Origin: Balanoglossus misakiensis
Lineage: Eukaryota > Animalia > Hemichordata
DNA: 64,000 bases
Assembly (NCBI GenBank): GCA_040954595.2
Contig: CM082576.2
Span: 18,089,028-18,153,027, forward strand
Reading direction: 5' to 3'
The position numbers and the translations under genes are program-made. Numbering within the stretch: position 1 is the first letter of the stretch; every line of letters starts with the position of its first letter. Positions 1-12,900 of the stretch are shown here, piece after piece. The notes beneath the pieces were generated by a model. That model worked only from the letters and a program-made list of their open reading frames with translations. It was not told the DNA's origin and ran no database searches.

Positions 1-279
1 AAGAACCTTTACAAACCGGAAACATCTGTAAACTGAACAATTTCTTCTGTCCCTTTGGTGTTCGGATTAGACGGGTTTTACTGTACATGTGTTTTGGTCA
101 TAGAGAATTGTCACTCAACCTTAGAAAATACCATAATTATGATCTTTCATATTCAAATCTATATCAGTCTATTACTGAAATAACACACCATCGTAATCAA
201 AACCATTATTACAATAGTGATTGCAAGTATCAGATTTGTGATGTCATTTTTATGCCAACATTAAACGTCTTTATTCCAG

Positions 280-3200
280 AATGATTCAACAGCATTGCAT
301 GCAGCGTCCTTCAAAGGTAAATTGGATGCTGTCAGGGTGTTGATTAGCCATGGTGCAGATGTCAATGCGAAGGATGAGGTACGTGAACTGACTTATCACT
401 TTATTATGGATAACATGGCCACACAATTGGATAATAAAAAAAAATGCCTTTGAAAAAGACCTAATTACAACACTCTTATTTTCATCCAAAATTACTTTGC
501 ATGATCCAAATTCAATGGGAAGAAACAAGCTAACCCTGAACAAGAAGAGGGAAAGGCCAAAAAGTATTACCCATACTGATTTAGTTTTACTAACCATGAT
601 ACCCTTGGGATCCAGCCATAGGAAGGACAGTGGGACACATTGCACTCTAAATTTAACAATCTTTACAATTTAGCCAAAGATGTTGAACCATAGTGTATTT
701 GACACATTTGTTCCGAATGAATAAATATGTTCCAGAAAGTAAATTTTGATGGATTTTTTTGTGTTTCACCAAAGTTAACAAATTTTTATTTTTTTTCAAG
801 CCATCTCTGAAATTTTGCTGGCAATCTTTTTTTAAATCTTCCAGATCCCCTCCATCCTTAGTTAAGCTATGGAGTCTAAAAAATAAAATGTTAAAAACTA
901 TATGACTAGTCAAAGCGTTTTCCTCGCTGTTAGAATCAATTGAGATTCTTCACCGTCATTATTATTATCCTTTCAAATCAGTCAGTATGCCATTCTTGGT
1001 TGTTTTTTGCAATATGGCTGATACTTTTGATATTTGTTTATTTATTTGTAGGTTTGTTTGTTTGTTTAAAGAAACCTCATATTACATTTCAATTTTGGTG
1101 ACATTGTTCCCATGCTTCTCCTTCATTACTTACAGGATGGAGTCACCCCTTTGAATGATGCAGCAGGGTTTGGTGGTGAAGGCTGTGTCAGATTGTTATT
1201 GGAACACAAAGCTGATGTTACCATACAAACCCAGGTAAATACCAACTTGACTTCTGCAGGTTAATCTATCAGTATGGAATGATTTATTCATTTATTTTTT
1301 GTTTGTTTGTTTGTTTGTTTTTTTGTTTAAGGAAAATTACACATTACGTTTAATTTTTGTGACATTGTTCTCATGCTCCTCCTTCAATACTTACAGTGGG
1401 GAGACACCCCTTTGCACTCTGCAGCAAGGAGGGATGTTGGTGAAGGCCGTGTCAGATTGTTATTGGAACACAAAGCTGATGTAACCATACAAAACAAGGT
1501 AAATACCAACCTGACTTCTGCAGGTAAATTCTAAAAGTATGAGCTTTCTCAATAGTGCCATTTCCTCTGTAGTTTTCTTAGTAAATTGTGTCTGGGATAC
1601 AATGTATATATTTGTCCATTGCCCTTTGAATCAAAACTACTCCCTCCATTGGTCAGGTGTTGTACAGACAGACTGATGACAGTCCATGCCAATCCTATCA
1701 CAGAAAGTATCAGATAGGGTGTTTGTCTGTCGGCCTCCAGCATCTGCCAACTCCTGTCTGGTACCTAATACAATTCATCATAAGGAGGTGCCATATAATT
1801 TATCATTGTCCTTTGAATCAAAACTACTTCCTCTCGGCCAGGTGTTGTCCAGACACAGGCAAGTATTGATTCATTATGGTGATGTGATTGTCTCTCCTAT
1901 ATCTGAGACATTTGATCTCCACTGTGAGCAATTTGGAGTTATGAGAAAGGGGGATTGTCTCCAGCATCTGCCAAAAACTGTCTTGTTGAACATAAGGATG
2001 TTGTTGTTTATTGCATTGTTTATCATCAATCTTTTGTGGTTTAAATAATAATCTCATTATTGGCACAGCGATTTCTGTCTGTCCTTCTGTAGACAGATTT
2101 TGTTCCACTCATATCTTGAGAGAAATTGAATCCAATGATATGAAATTTTGTATGTAGCATTGTTATGATAAGTTCTAGATCTGATAAGATTTTGGTGGGT
2201 ATGGCTTATTAATAAATTCTCCTTTGCATATTTGTGTGTGGTCGAACGTTGATTCACTACATACACATGTAGAATAACATAAACAGTGTCTTGTATCAAA
2301 CATAATTAATGGAAAAAGGGAAGCGAGAGAGAGAGAGACTTTGTCCCTTTAATATTCAGGAGTTTACTTTTCTTGTATACGTACACTCTTATAACGATTG
2401 TAAATCTTGACAATGGCTATCAAGTTGACAACCCTCGCACAAGTACATCATGTACATAAACAAAAATAGTCTGGTTTGTGGAGCCTCCTCCCTTTTTTAC
2501 ATGAAGTACTTTCAAAATATTTTTATGCAATCAGTCCACACTCATGCTCAGTTTTGTGTCAGAATTATAGTCATAGCAACATTTTGAGTAAGACTTTACC
2601 AGAAGAACTTGTTTTCATTGCGGCTCTGATTGGGGCCGTTTTAAACTGGGGTTCGTTTGGCAACTTTTAGGACCGAAGGACGGATGCGCAGCCATGGTCA
2701 CATCACACATGTCAAGTTGGGGACTTGCTGGGGGCAGGGGTGCTTGTTGACGGTGCCGAGAGGAGTCGGCCAGTTTTAGCTTGTACTTCAGGCCGAATAG
2801 CACAGTGCCAACCCAATTTACCTTTTATAAACTTTATAAAATATAATACATTTTAACATTAAATTGTTCAGTCGGATGATTTTTTTCATCATTCTGAGCA
2901 ACACAGCGGCAGCATTTGGATTGCTCTTTCTCTTGGAAATAGCTCAAGCTTATAAAACATGAGGTCTGTGCGGCTCCACTCCTCAGCTTCTCATCACTGT
3001 CTGTCACTTACCCAATCATTTCAAAGGGGTGATCAAGATGGCCAGAACAGCCAGTTTTAACCAACCAGGTTCCAGAACCTGAGAGAAGGTGCTAAAAGCA
3101 TGCAATAGATATATTGATGAGATAAACATTGGGAACAATAGGATTAAGGGAAGTGTGACTGGTCCAATCTGTTCTGTTTTAGTGTGGGGCACGGCTGGAA

Positions 3201-5408
3201 TGGTTACACAAATGTCCTTTAAAGTTAGTGCTACTGTGGCTTTCAATGGTATCTCTTATGAAGAGTTTTGATAATGTTGTTTGTTCTATATATTTCATGA
3301 AAAGAATGACTGCATTCATTGCATTTAATTTTGTTTGCCACACATTCCCATTGGCCACAGTGTCCACTGAAGTCTTTCTTTGGTTATTAGACTTTTTGAT
3401 GCAGTGCGATGGAGAAAGGGAATCAGTGTTAACTTTCTTCAGATGGATTTTTTTTTCGGTGAAATTCAAGTTTTTTTTATTTAAACACTATTTCTACAAA
3501 TAACTAGTGACACCATTGCACAACTCTACTTGATATTGTTGGACCACTCAGTAGAAATTTATTTTAATGATGATTGATTTATCCCTTGTCACATACAATT
3601 TCTCTGTTATTTCCCCTTTGATCGACATCGTTCAGTCTGCACAGCTTGGCTACTTTGTGCTGAGAACAGTCTGATGCCCTCCTACAGGAAATAAACATAG
3701 TTTGGTTAGCTCAGATGTTTGATCTGTTTCCACATAAATCTCCACATATCTCAAATTTGTCATCATATTGGAGATGAGATGTGATTTTTCAAAATTCTTC
3801 TGACAATTCTACTAAATGTCACTGTAGTTGTTTGCTAAATCTTCTTCTATATTGTGCAGGTTGCAAAAATAAATTGGTCCCATTCAGGAAATGTTCACTA
3901 ACATCACATCACTGTCAGTTTTTTGATAGAAAATCATAAATAAAGTTCAGTTTAAAATAGGTGTATTGGTTATCCGTAATGTTATCTGTTTTGCAAGTTG
4001 TCAAATTTGAGTTTGTTTGTGAATTATTTATAGTAACTTTTCTTTCTGTATCAACTGGCAGATATTTTGTCAGAATTCTTTTAGCTTGTTAAAATGCATG
4101 TATAAAACTGAATTACACATCTTGTGTGTAGAGTCGATACTGTTTCTGTTCAAATGCCATTTACTGTTGGTTAATATTATCCACAATGGAGTTTGCGATT
4201 ATTTGTCGTTTGTGTGTTTGTTCGATCGTTCATTTTAACAAAATAACCTCATGTTACATTTCATTTTTCTTGACATTCTCATCATGCTCCTCCTTCATTA
4301 CTTACAGAATGGAGACACCCCTTTGCATTATGCAGTAAGAGGGTGTCGTGGTGAAGGCCTTGTCAGATTGTTATTGGAACACAAAGCTGATGTGACCATA
4401 CAAAACGAGGTAAATACCAACTTGACTTCTGCAGGTTAATTCTATCAATGCGGATATATTTATTCATTTTATTGTGTGTTTGTCTATTTGTTTGTGTGTT
4501 TGGTTAAGGAAATTTCACATTACATTTCAATTTTGTGACATTATTCTCATGCTCCTCCTTTATTACTTACAGACAGGAGACACCCCTTTGCATGATGCAG
4601 CAAGGAGGGATGGTGGTGAAGGCCTTGTCAGATTGTTATTGGAACACAAAGCTGATGCTAACATACAAAACAAAGTAAATACCAACCTGACTTCTGCAGG
4701 TTTATTCTATCAATGCGGATATATTTATTCATTTAATTGTTTGTTTGTTTGTTCGTTTAAGGAAATTTAACATTATATTTCAATTTTTGTGACATTATTC
4801 TCATGCTCCTCCTTCATTACTTACAGGATGGAGACACTCCTTTGCATGATGCAGCAAGGAGGGATGATGGTGAAGGCCTTGTCAGATTGTTATTGGAACA
4901 CAAAGCTGATGCTAACATACAAAACAAGGTAAATACCAACCTGACTTTTGCAGGTTAATTCTATCAATGCGGATATATTTATTCATTTATTTGTTTGTTT
5001 GTTTGTTTGTTTAAGGAAATTTCACATTAGATTTCAATTTTTGTAACATTATTCTCATGCTCCTCCTTCATTACTTACAGGATGGAGACACCCCTTTGCA
5101 TTATGCAGCAAGGTTTCGTGATGAAGGACCTGTCAGATTGTTATTGGAACACAAAGCTGATGCTAACATACAAAACAAGGTAAATACCAACCTGACTTCT
5201 GCAGGTTTATTCTGTCAATGCGGATATATTTATTCATTTATTTGTTTGTTTGTTTGTTTAAGGAAATTTCACATTATATTTCAATTTTTGTGACATTATT
5301 CTCATGCTCCTCCTTCATTACTTACAGGATGGAGACACTCCTTTGCATGATGCAGCAAGGAGGGATGGTGGTGAAGCCCTTGTCAGATTGTTATTGGAAC
5401 ACAAAGCT
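280..5408 (+). CDS. Ankyrin-repeat exon cluster A: exons 280-378, 1136-1234, 1397-1498, 4308-4409, 4573-4674, 4827-4928, 5081-5179 and truncated 5328-5408
   Basis: Each exon has AG/GT splice sites, is phase 0-0, 99 or 102 nt long, and encodes one ankyrin repeat, e.g. NDSTALHAASFKGKLDAVRVLISHGADVNAKDE and DGDTPLHYAARFRDEGPVRLLLEHKADANIQNK (TPLHxAA...LL...AD consensus). The last exon stops at ...EHKA, at the duplication junction. Confidence 0.93.
1540..4150 (-). mobile_element. Degenerate LINE-like (CR1/L2-type) 5' remnant in an ankyrin intron; copies at ~8240-10870 and ~19885-22510
   Basis: The minus strand gives a PHD-finger-like CGQWECVANKIKCNECSHSFHE (~3295-3365) and an APE-endonuclease-like LLTVEIK…ITIMNQYLP (~1860-1930), with many stops. 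Boundaries are approximate. Confidence 0.45.
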
Positions 5409-6478
5409 TGTCGATTGTATCTGTTGATGTGGAGACAGAATCAGTGCGGGCTCCCTCAACGTCTGGTTCAGTCCCATCAATCAATCAATCAATCAACAAA
5501 GTTTATATAGCGCCAAAATCCCCCTTGCACTACAGTTGTAGCCGTTATAGTATGGTTTTCCTTCAAGATGAAACCAGACACGCTGTCAGTGCCCTTGTAA
5601 TCAGGGATGTCTGTCAGAACTTCATTATCTGTCGTTTCGTATCGCTGCATTACGGTTAACTCTAACGAGGATTCTGTTTCAGTCATTCTAGTTTCAGATT
5701 TAGCATCAGCGCCAGTATCTTCTGTGACATCTGTTGACATTTTTGAATAACTGGTGTCAGTAACATCAGAGCTAACATGGTCTGTATACCCAGGTGTATT
5801 CGACACTGGTTCACCTGTAATGTAAAACCCACAAGATATAACTGGTTTAGGATAAGTGGTATTCAAAGAAGCGTTGGGTCACAAAAGGGCGCCATGTTTA
5901 CTTCGGCTTGTATTAGTGATTCATTGAAGTCTGTTAGGTCCATATCTGACAAGAAACTGCCACGCTGAATATTGCAATTTCTGGTAACATCATTCATTCA
6001 AACTGCAATAAATCGATGGTGCAGATCGGATACACCTCTTAGTAAAACGGGTTTCCCGTTTATTTTTGGAGGACGTTTACACTTATTTTGTCTGCCGGTA
6101 ATGTGGATAATGTAATGTTCTCGCGACGAAGGTTTTATTAGACACGCAAGAGAGAACCAATACAAGAAGTGGCGATGCAGTTCTTTTCTGAGATGGCGAC
6201 ATTTCAGTACTCGCATGTCGCAACCGTTCGTGACTCAAGTTACATCTATTTAGAGTTCAACATATTAACAAACATGGTACAATTATTACGCCACAACTTT
6301 GCAATACAATGAAACTGCACACAACACCACATTTAGATTGTGCAAAATCAGACCTACACTAGCCCACAAATATAAATAATCTCAATTCAGCGCGGACTTT
6401 TTCATCAACAGTTCCAGTTTTACCTAGTGTGAACATGGTATCAGTCTACAGTTTGGTTCAATGTGGTTCAACCACATG

Positions 6479-6656
6479 CAGTAAAAACCTGTCGAAATGG
6501 AACATGCCATATCTGGAAAACTGTCTATAATGAACACATTTTCCTGTCCCCTTGACATAGAACCACGTGTTAAAAGAACCTTTACAAACCGGAAACATCT
6601 GTAAACTGAACAATTTCTTCTGTCCCTTTGGTGTTCGGATTAGACGGGTTTTACTG
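6479..6656. mobile_element. Tc1/mariner (Tigger/pogo-like) MITE; other copies at <1-83, 18125-18302 and a diverged copy at 59593-59769
   Basis: TIRs cagtaaaa(a)cctgtc…gac(g/a)ggttttactg, followed by TA; ~178 bp. Confidence 0.7.
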
Positions 6657-6922
6657 TACATGTACATGTGTTTTGGTCATAGAGAATTGTCACTCAACCT
6701 TAGAAAATACCATTATTATGATCTTTCAGATTCAAATCTATATCAGTCTATTACTGAAATAACACACCATCGTAATCAAAACCATTATTACAATAGTGAC
6801 TGAAGCTCATTGTGATGAAATTCCTAGAGTTTCTTCATCAAAAGATCAAGCAGTTGACTCACATTGCAAGTATCAGATTTGTGATGTCATTTTTATTCCA
6901 ACATTAAACGTCTTTATTCCAG

Positions 6923-9900
6923 AATGATTCCACAGCATTGCATGCAGCGTCCTTCAAAGGTAAATTGGATGCTGTCAGGGTGTTGATTAGCCATGGTGCA
7001 GATGTCAATGCGAAGGATGAGGTACGTGAACTGACTTATCACTTTATTATGGATAACGTGGCCACACAATTGGATAATAAAAAAATGCCTTTGAAAAAGA
7101 CCTAATTACAACACTCTTACTTTCATCCAAAATTACTTTGCATGATCCAAATTCAATGGGAAGAAACAAGCTAACCCTGAACAAGAAGAGGGAAAGGCCA
7201 AAAAGTATTACCCATACTGATTTAGTTTTACTAACCATGATACCCTTGGGATCCAGCCATAGGAAGGACAGTGGGACACATTGCACTCTAAATTTATCAA
7301 TCTTTACAATTTAGCCAAAGATGTTGAACCATAGTGTATTTGACACATTTGTTCCGAATGGATAAATATGTTCCAGAAAGTAAATTTTGATGGATTTTTT
7401 TGTGTTTCACCAAAGTGAACAAATTTTTATTTTTTTTCAAGCCACCTCTGAAATTTTGCTGGCAATCTTTTTTTAAATCTTCCAGATCCCCTCCATCCTT
7501 AGTTAAGCTATGGAGTCTAAAACATCCAATGTTAAAAACTATATGACCAGTCAAAGCGTTTTCCTCGCTGTTAGAATCAATTGAGATTCTTCACCGTCAT
7601 TCTTTGATCTGTATTCATTTTAACAGTCGGCAATTTTCATTTTGTGTGTAGAAGGACTGTGGATTATCCTTTCATATCAGTCAGTATGCCATTCTTGGTT
7701 GTTTTTTGCAATATGGCTGATACTTTTAATATTTGTTTATTTATTTGTAGGTTTGTTTGTTTGTTTAAAGAAACCTCATATTACATTTCAATTTTGGTGA
7801 CATTGTTCCCATGCTTCTCCTTCATTACTTACAGGATGGAGTCACCCCTTTGAATGATGCAGCAGGGTTTGGTGGTGAAGGCTGTGTCAGATTGTTATTG
7901 GAACACAAAACTGATGTTACCATACAAACCCAGGTAAATACCAACTTGACTTCTGCAGGTTAATCTATCAGTATGGAATGATTTATTCATTTATTTTTTG
8001 TTTGTTTGTTTGTTTGTTTTTTGTTTAAGGAAAATTACACATTACGTTTAATTTTTGTGACATTGTTCTCATGCTCCTCCTTCATTACTTACAGTGGGGA
8101 GACACCCCTTTGCACTCTGCAGCAAGGAGGGATGTTGGTGAAGGCCGTGTTAGATTGTTATTGGAACACAAAGCTGATGTAACCATACAAAACAAGGTAA
8201 ATACCAACCTGACTTCTGCAGGTAAATTCTAAAAGTATGAGCTTTCTCAATAGTGCCATTTCCTCTGTAGTTTTCTTAGTAAATTGTGTCTGGGATACAA
8301 TGTATATATTTGTCCATTGCCCTTTGAATCAAAACTACTCCCTCCATTGGTCAGGTGTTGTACAGACAGACTGATGACAGTCCATGCCAATCCTATCACA
8401 GAAAGTATCAGATAGGGTGTTTGTCTGTCGGCCTCCAGCATCTGCCAACTCCTGTCTGGTACCTATTACAATTCATCATAAGGAGGTGCCATATAATTTG
8501 TCACTGTCCTTTGAATCAAAACTACTTCCTCTCGGCCAGGTGTTGTCCAGACACAGGCAAGTATTGATTCATTATGGTGATGTGATTGTCTCTCCTATAT
8601 CTGAGACATTTGATCTCCACTGTGAGCAATTTGGAGGTATGAGAAAGGGGGATTGTCTCCAGCATCTGCCAAAAACTGTCTTGTTGAACATAAGGATGTT
8701 GTTGTTTATTGCATTGTTTATCATCAATCTTTTGTGGTTTAAATAATAATCTCATTATTGGCACAGCGATTTCTGTCTGTCCTTCTGTAGACAGATTTTG
8801 TTCCACTCATATCTTGAGAGAAATTGAATCCAATGATATGAAATTTTGTATGTAGCATTGTTATGATAAGTTCTAGATCTGATAAGATTTTGGTGGGTAT
8901 GGCTTATTAATAAATTCTCCTTTGCATATTTGTGTGTGGTCGAACGTTGATTCACTACATACACATGTAGAATAACATAAACAGTGTCTTGAATCAAACA
9001 TAATTAATGGAAAAAGGGAAGCGAGAGAGAGAGAGACTTTGTCCCTTTAATATTCAGGAGTTTACTTTTCTTGTATACGTACACTCTTATAACGATTGTA
9101 AATCTTGAGAATGGCTAACAAGTTGACAACCCTCGCACAAGTACATCATGTACATAAACAAAAATAGTCTGGTTTGTGGAGCCTCCTCCCTTTTTTTACA
9201 TGAAGTACTTTCAAAATATTTTTATGCAATCAGTCCACACTCATGCTCAGTTTTGTGTCAGAATTATAGTCATAGCAACATTTTGAGTAAGACTTTACCA
9301 GAAGAACTTGTTTTCATTGCGGCTCTGATTGGGGCCGTTTTAAACTGGGGTTTGTTTGGCAACTTTTAGGACCGAAGGACGGATGCGCAGCCATGGTCAC
9401 ATCACACATGTCAAGTTGGGGACTTGCTGGGGGCAGGGGTGCTTGTTGACGGTGCCGAGAGGAGTCGGCCAGTTTTAGCTTGTACTTCAGGCCGAATAGC
9501 ACAGTGCCAACCCAATTTACCTTTTATAAACTTTATAAAATATAATACATTTTAACATTAAATTGTTCAGTCGGATGATTTTTTTCATCATTCTGAGCAA
9601 CACAGCGGCAGCATTTGGATTGCTCTTTCTCTTGGAAATAGCTCAAGCTTATAAAACATGAGGTCTGTGCGGCTCCACTCCTCAGCTTCTCATCACTGTC
9701 TGTCACTTACCCAATCATTTCAAAGGGGTCGATCAAGATGGCCAGAACAGCCAGTTTTAACCAACCAGGTTCCAGAACCTGAGAGAAGGTGCTAAAACCA
9801 TGCAATAGATATATTGATGAGATAAACATTGGGAACAATAGGATTAAGGGAAGTGTGACTGGTCCAATCTGTTCTGTTTTAGTGTGGGGCACGGCTGGAA

Positions 9901-12900
9901 TGGTTACACAAATGTCCTTTAAAGTTAGTGCTACTGTGGCTTTCAATGGTATCTCTTATGAAGAGTTTTGATAATTTTGTTTGTTCTTTATATTTCATGA
10001 AAAGAATGACTGCATTCATTGCATTTAATTTTGTTTGCCACACATTCCCATTGGCCACAGTGTCCACTGAAGTCTTTCTTTGGTTATTAGACTTTTTGAT
10101 GCAGTGCGATGGAGAAAGGGAATCAGTGTTAACTTTCTTCAGATGGATTTTTTTTTCGGTGAAATTCAAGTTTTTTTATTTAAACACTATTTCTACAAAT
10201 AACTAGTGACACCATTGCACAACTCTACTTGATATTGTTGGACCACTCAGCAGAAATTTATTTTAATGATGATTGATTTATCCCTTGTCACATACAATTT
10301 CTCTGTTATTTCCCCTTTGATCGACATCGTTCAGTCTGCACAGCTTGGCTACTTTGTGCTGAGAACAGTCTGATGCCCTCCTACAGGAAATAAACATAGT
10401 TTGGTTAGCTCAGATGTTTGATCTGTTTCCACATAAATCTCCACATATCTCAAATTTGTCATCATATTGGAGATGAGATGTGATTATTCAAAATTCTTCT
10501 GACAATTCTACTAAATGTCACTGTAGTTGTTTGCTAAATCTTCTTCTATATTGTGCAGGTTGCAAAAATAAATTGGTCCCATTCAGGAAATGTTCACTAA
10601 CATCACATCACTGTCAGTTTTTTGATAGAAAATCATAAATAAAGTTCAGTTTAAAATTGGTGTATTGGTTATCCGTAATGTTATCTGTTTTGCAAGTTGT
10701 CAAATTTGAGTTTGTTTGTGAATTATTTATAGTAACTTTTCTTTCTGTATCAACTGGCAGATATTTTGTCAGAATTCTTTTAGCTTGTTAAAATGCATGT
10801 ATAAAACTGAATTACACATCTTGTGTGTAGAGTCGATACTGTTTCTGTTCAAATGCCATTTACTGTTGGTTAATATTATCCACAAGGGAGTTTGCGATTA
10901 TTTGTCGTTTGTGTGTTTGTTCGATCGTTCATTTTAACAAAATAACCTCATGTTACATTTCATTTTTCTTGACATTCTCATCATGCTCCTCCTTCATTAC
11001 TTACAGGATGGCGACACCCCTTTGCATTATGCAGTAAGAGGGTGTCATGGTCAGGCCCTCCATAGACATTATGTGTAGAGCATCCAAACCCCAAGTAAAG
11101 CACGTATTAAACACATAGTGTGACATCCAGCCTACTAAGTACAGCCGAAAATGCTTTATAGTGGAGCATAGTTCTGTATAGTTTTACGTCTGATTCTTTA
11201 AAGCGTGACATCCAATATACACATTTTCGCCACTAGGGGCGCCCCGCGTCCGCCATTGCCATTTGGAAAGTTGTCGCAGGTAAGCGATTTTCTTCTCTTT
11301 ATACCTAGTCAGAAACCTTTTCGCATTTAAGACTATGATCAACGAACAACTATTATAACAAAGCGCCACCGTGTAAAGTTTCGATACACTAGTCGCGGTA
11401 GTTTTTTCAGAGATCTTCGCCAAAATTTGATTTACTGTGTGCATGCGGTATACTTTCCTATACTGTACACAGTAAACACTGGAACGCAGTCGTACCTCGT
11501 ATTACGATTTTCTTCTCTTTATACCTAGTCGGAAACCTTTTCGCATTTAAGACTATGATCAACGAACAACTATTATAACAAAGCGCCACCGTGTAAAGTT
11601 TCGATACACTAGTTGCGGTAGTTTTTTCAGAGATCTTCGCCAAAATTTGATTTACAGTGTGCATGTGGTATACTTTCCTATACTGTACACAGTAAGTAAA
11701 CACTGGAACGCAGTCGTACCTCGTATTACATTTCCGTTTGTACACTCGCACGGTGCATTTCTAAATCACTTCGACAAAATTTGGAAACCGTGTGAATTCC
11801 TACATGCATTGGCCGGTGTACGATGCACAGGAAAATGCAGTTCACTGAATGTCTCACATCACAAGCCGCCCACATGATTTCCCTTTGCACATCAATTATG
11901 TAGCATTACAGAGTACAGACAAGATGTACATTTGTATATTAAATACTTTTAGACAACAGAGGACGAAAGGAAGAAAAAAGCAAAGGTTTTCAGCCTTTCT
12001 CCACAAATGCAAAATTACAAAAATATACCTTAAAGCCTTTTTATGCATAGTTTGCTGTCACTGGCTGTTGATCTTTCTCTCAATTGTTTCTATTTTAGGA
12101 TCATCTGTTTGACATTGAAAATAGGAGGACTGCCAAACACAAACCCATTGGTTTGTCAGACCAGCATGCTACATCGAAGTTAATGAACGAACACTGGCAG
12201 TATACAGGATGAACAGTAATGCAACATAAACTTAAAGATGTATGGATTTGGAAAATTGAAAGAATTGTCATCTTTCACTTGCAAATGTTTAACTTCTCTG
12301 TAATACTTTAGTATTATCAAAATTTGTAATAAAATTCAGAGGTCAGTGTGCAAGTTATTGAAATATGAGGCAGTGAATTTAACTGACAAGGCCAGGAAAA
12401 AAAATTAATAGTTCATTGGAATTTTTTTCTTTGAGAGAGAATTGGTTTTTCTAGATGGGCGTTTGGATAGTTGTATTATCTATAGCTTGTAGACACCATT
12501 TGTTGTTTGGAAATGTTTGTTTTGCTGCACACAATTCACCCTTTTGGGAAAAAATTACAATCTCTCATTGTTTCTGAAGCCTGACCAAAACATCTGATGA
12601 ACACGATTTTTATTTCTCAGTTCTGATAAGAAAAATAGTCAGAATTCTTTTAACCAGTGGTTTTTCTATCTTTGAAAACATCCAGTTTATCTCCAAATTA
12701 AGTGTGCTGACCATGTAGTTTTATTTGAACAGTGAATGTAATTGTTCTGGTTAATGTGTGTGCAAAATTTTAAGAAAATGACAAGTAGGTTTTTTTAGCA
12801 ACTTTTAGTGTATTCCTGTGGGAAGAGTCAAGTTGGCACTTACATGCTTATAAGCCAGCATATCACACCCAAGTAGAAAGAACATTTCTGAACATTGGTT

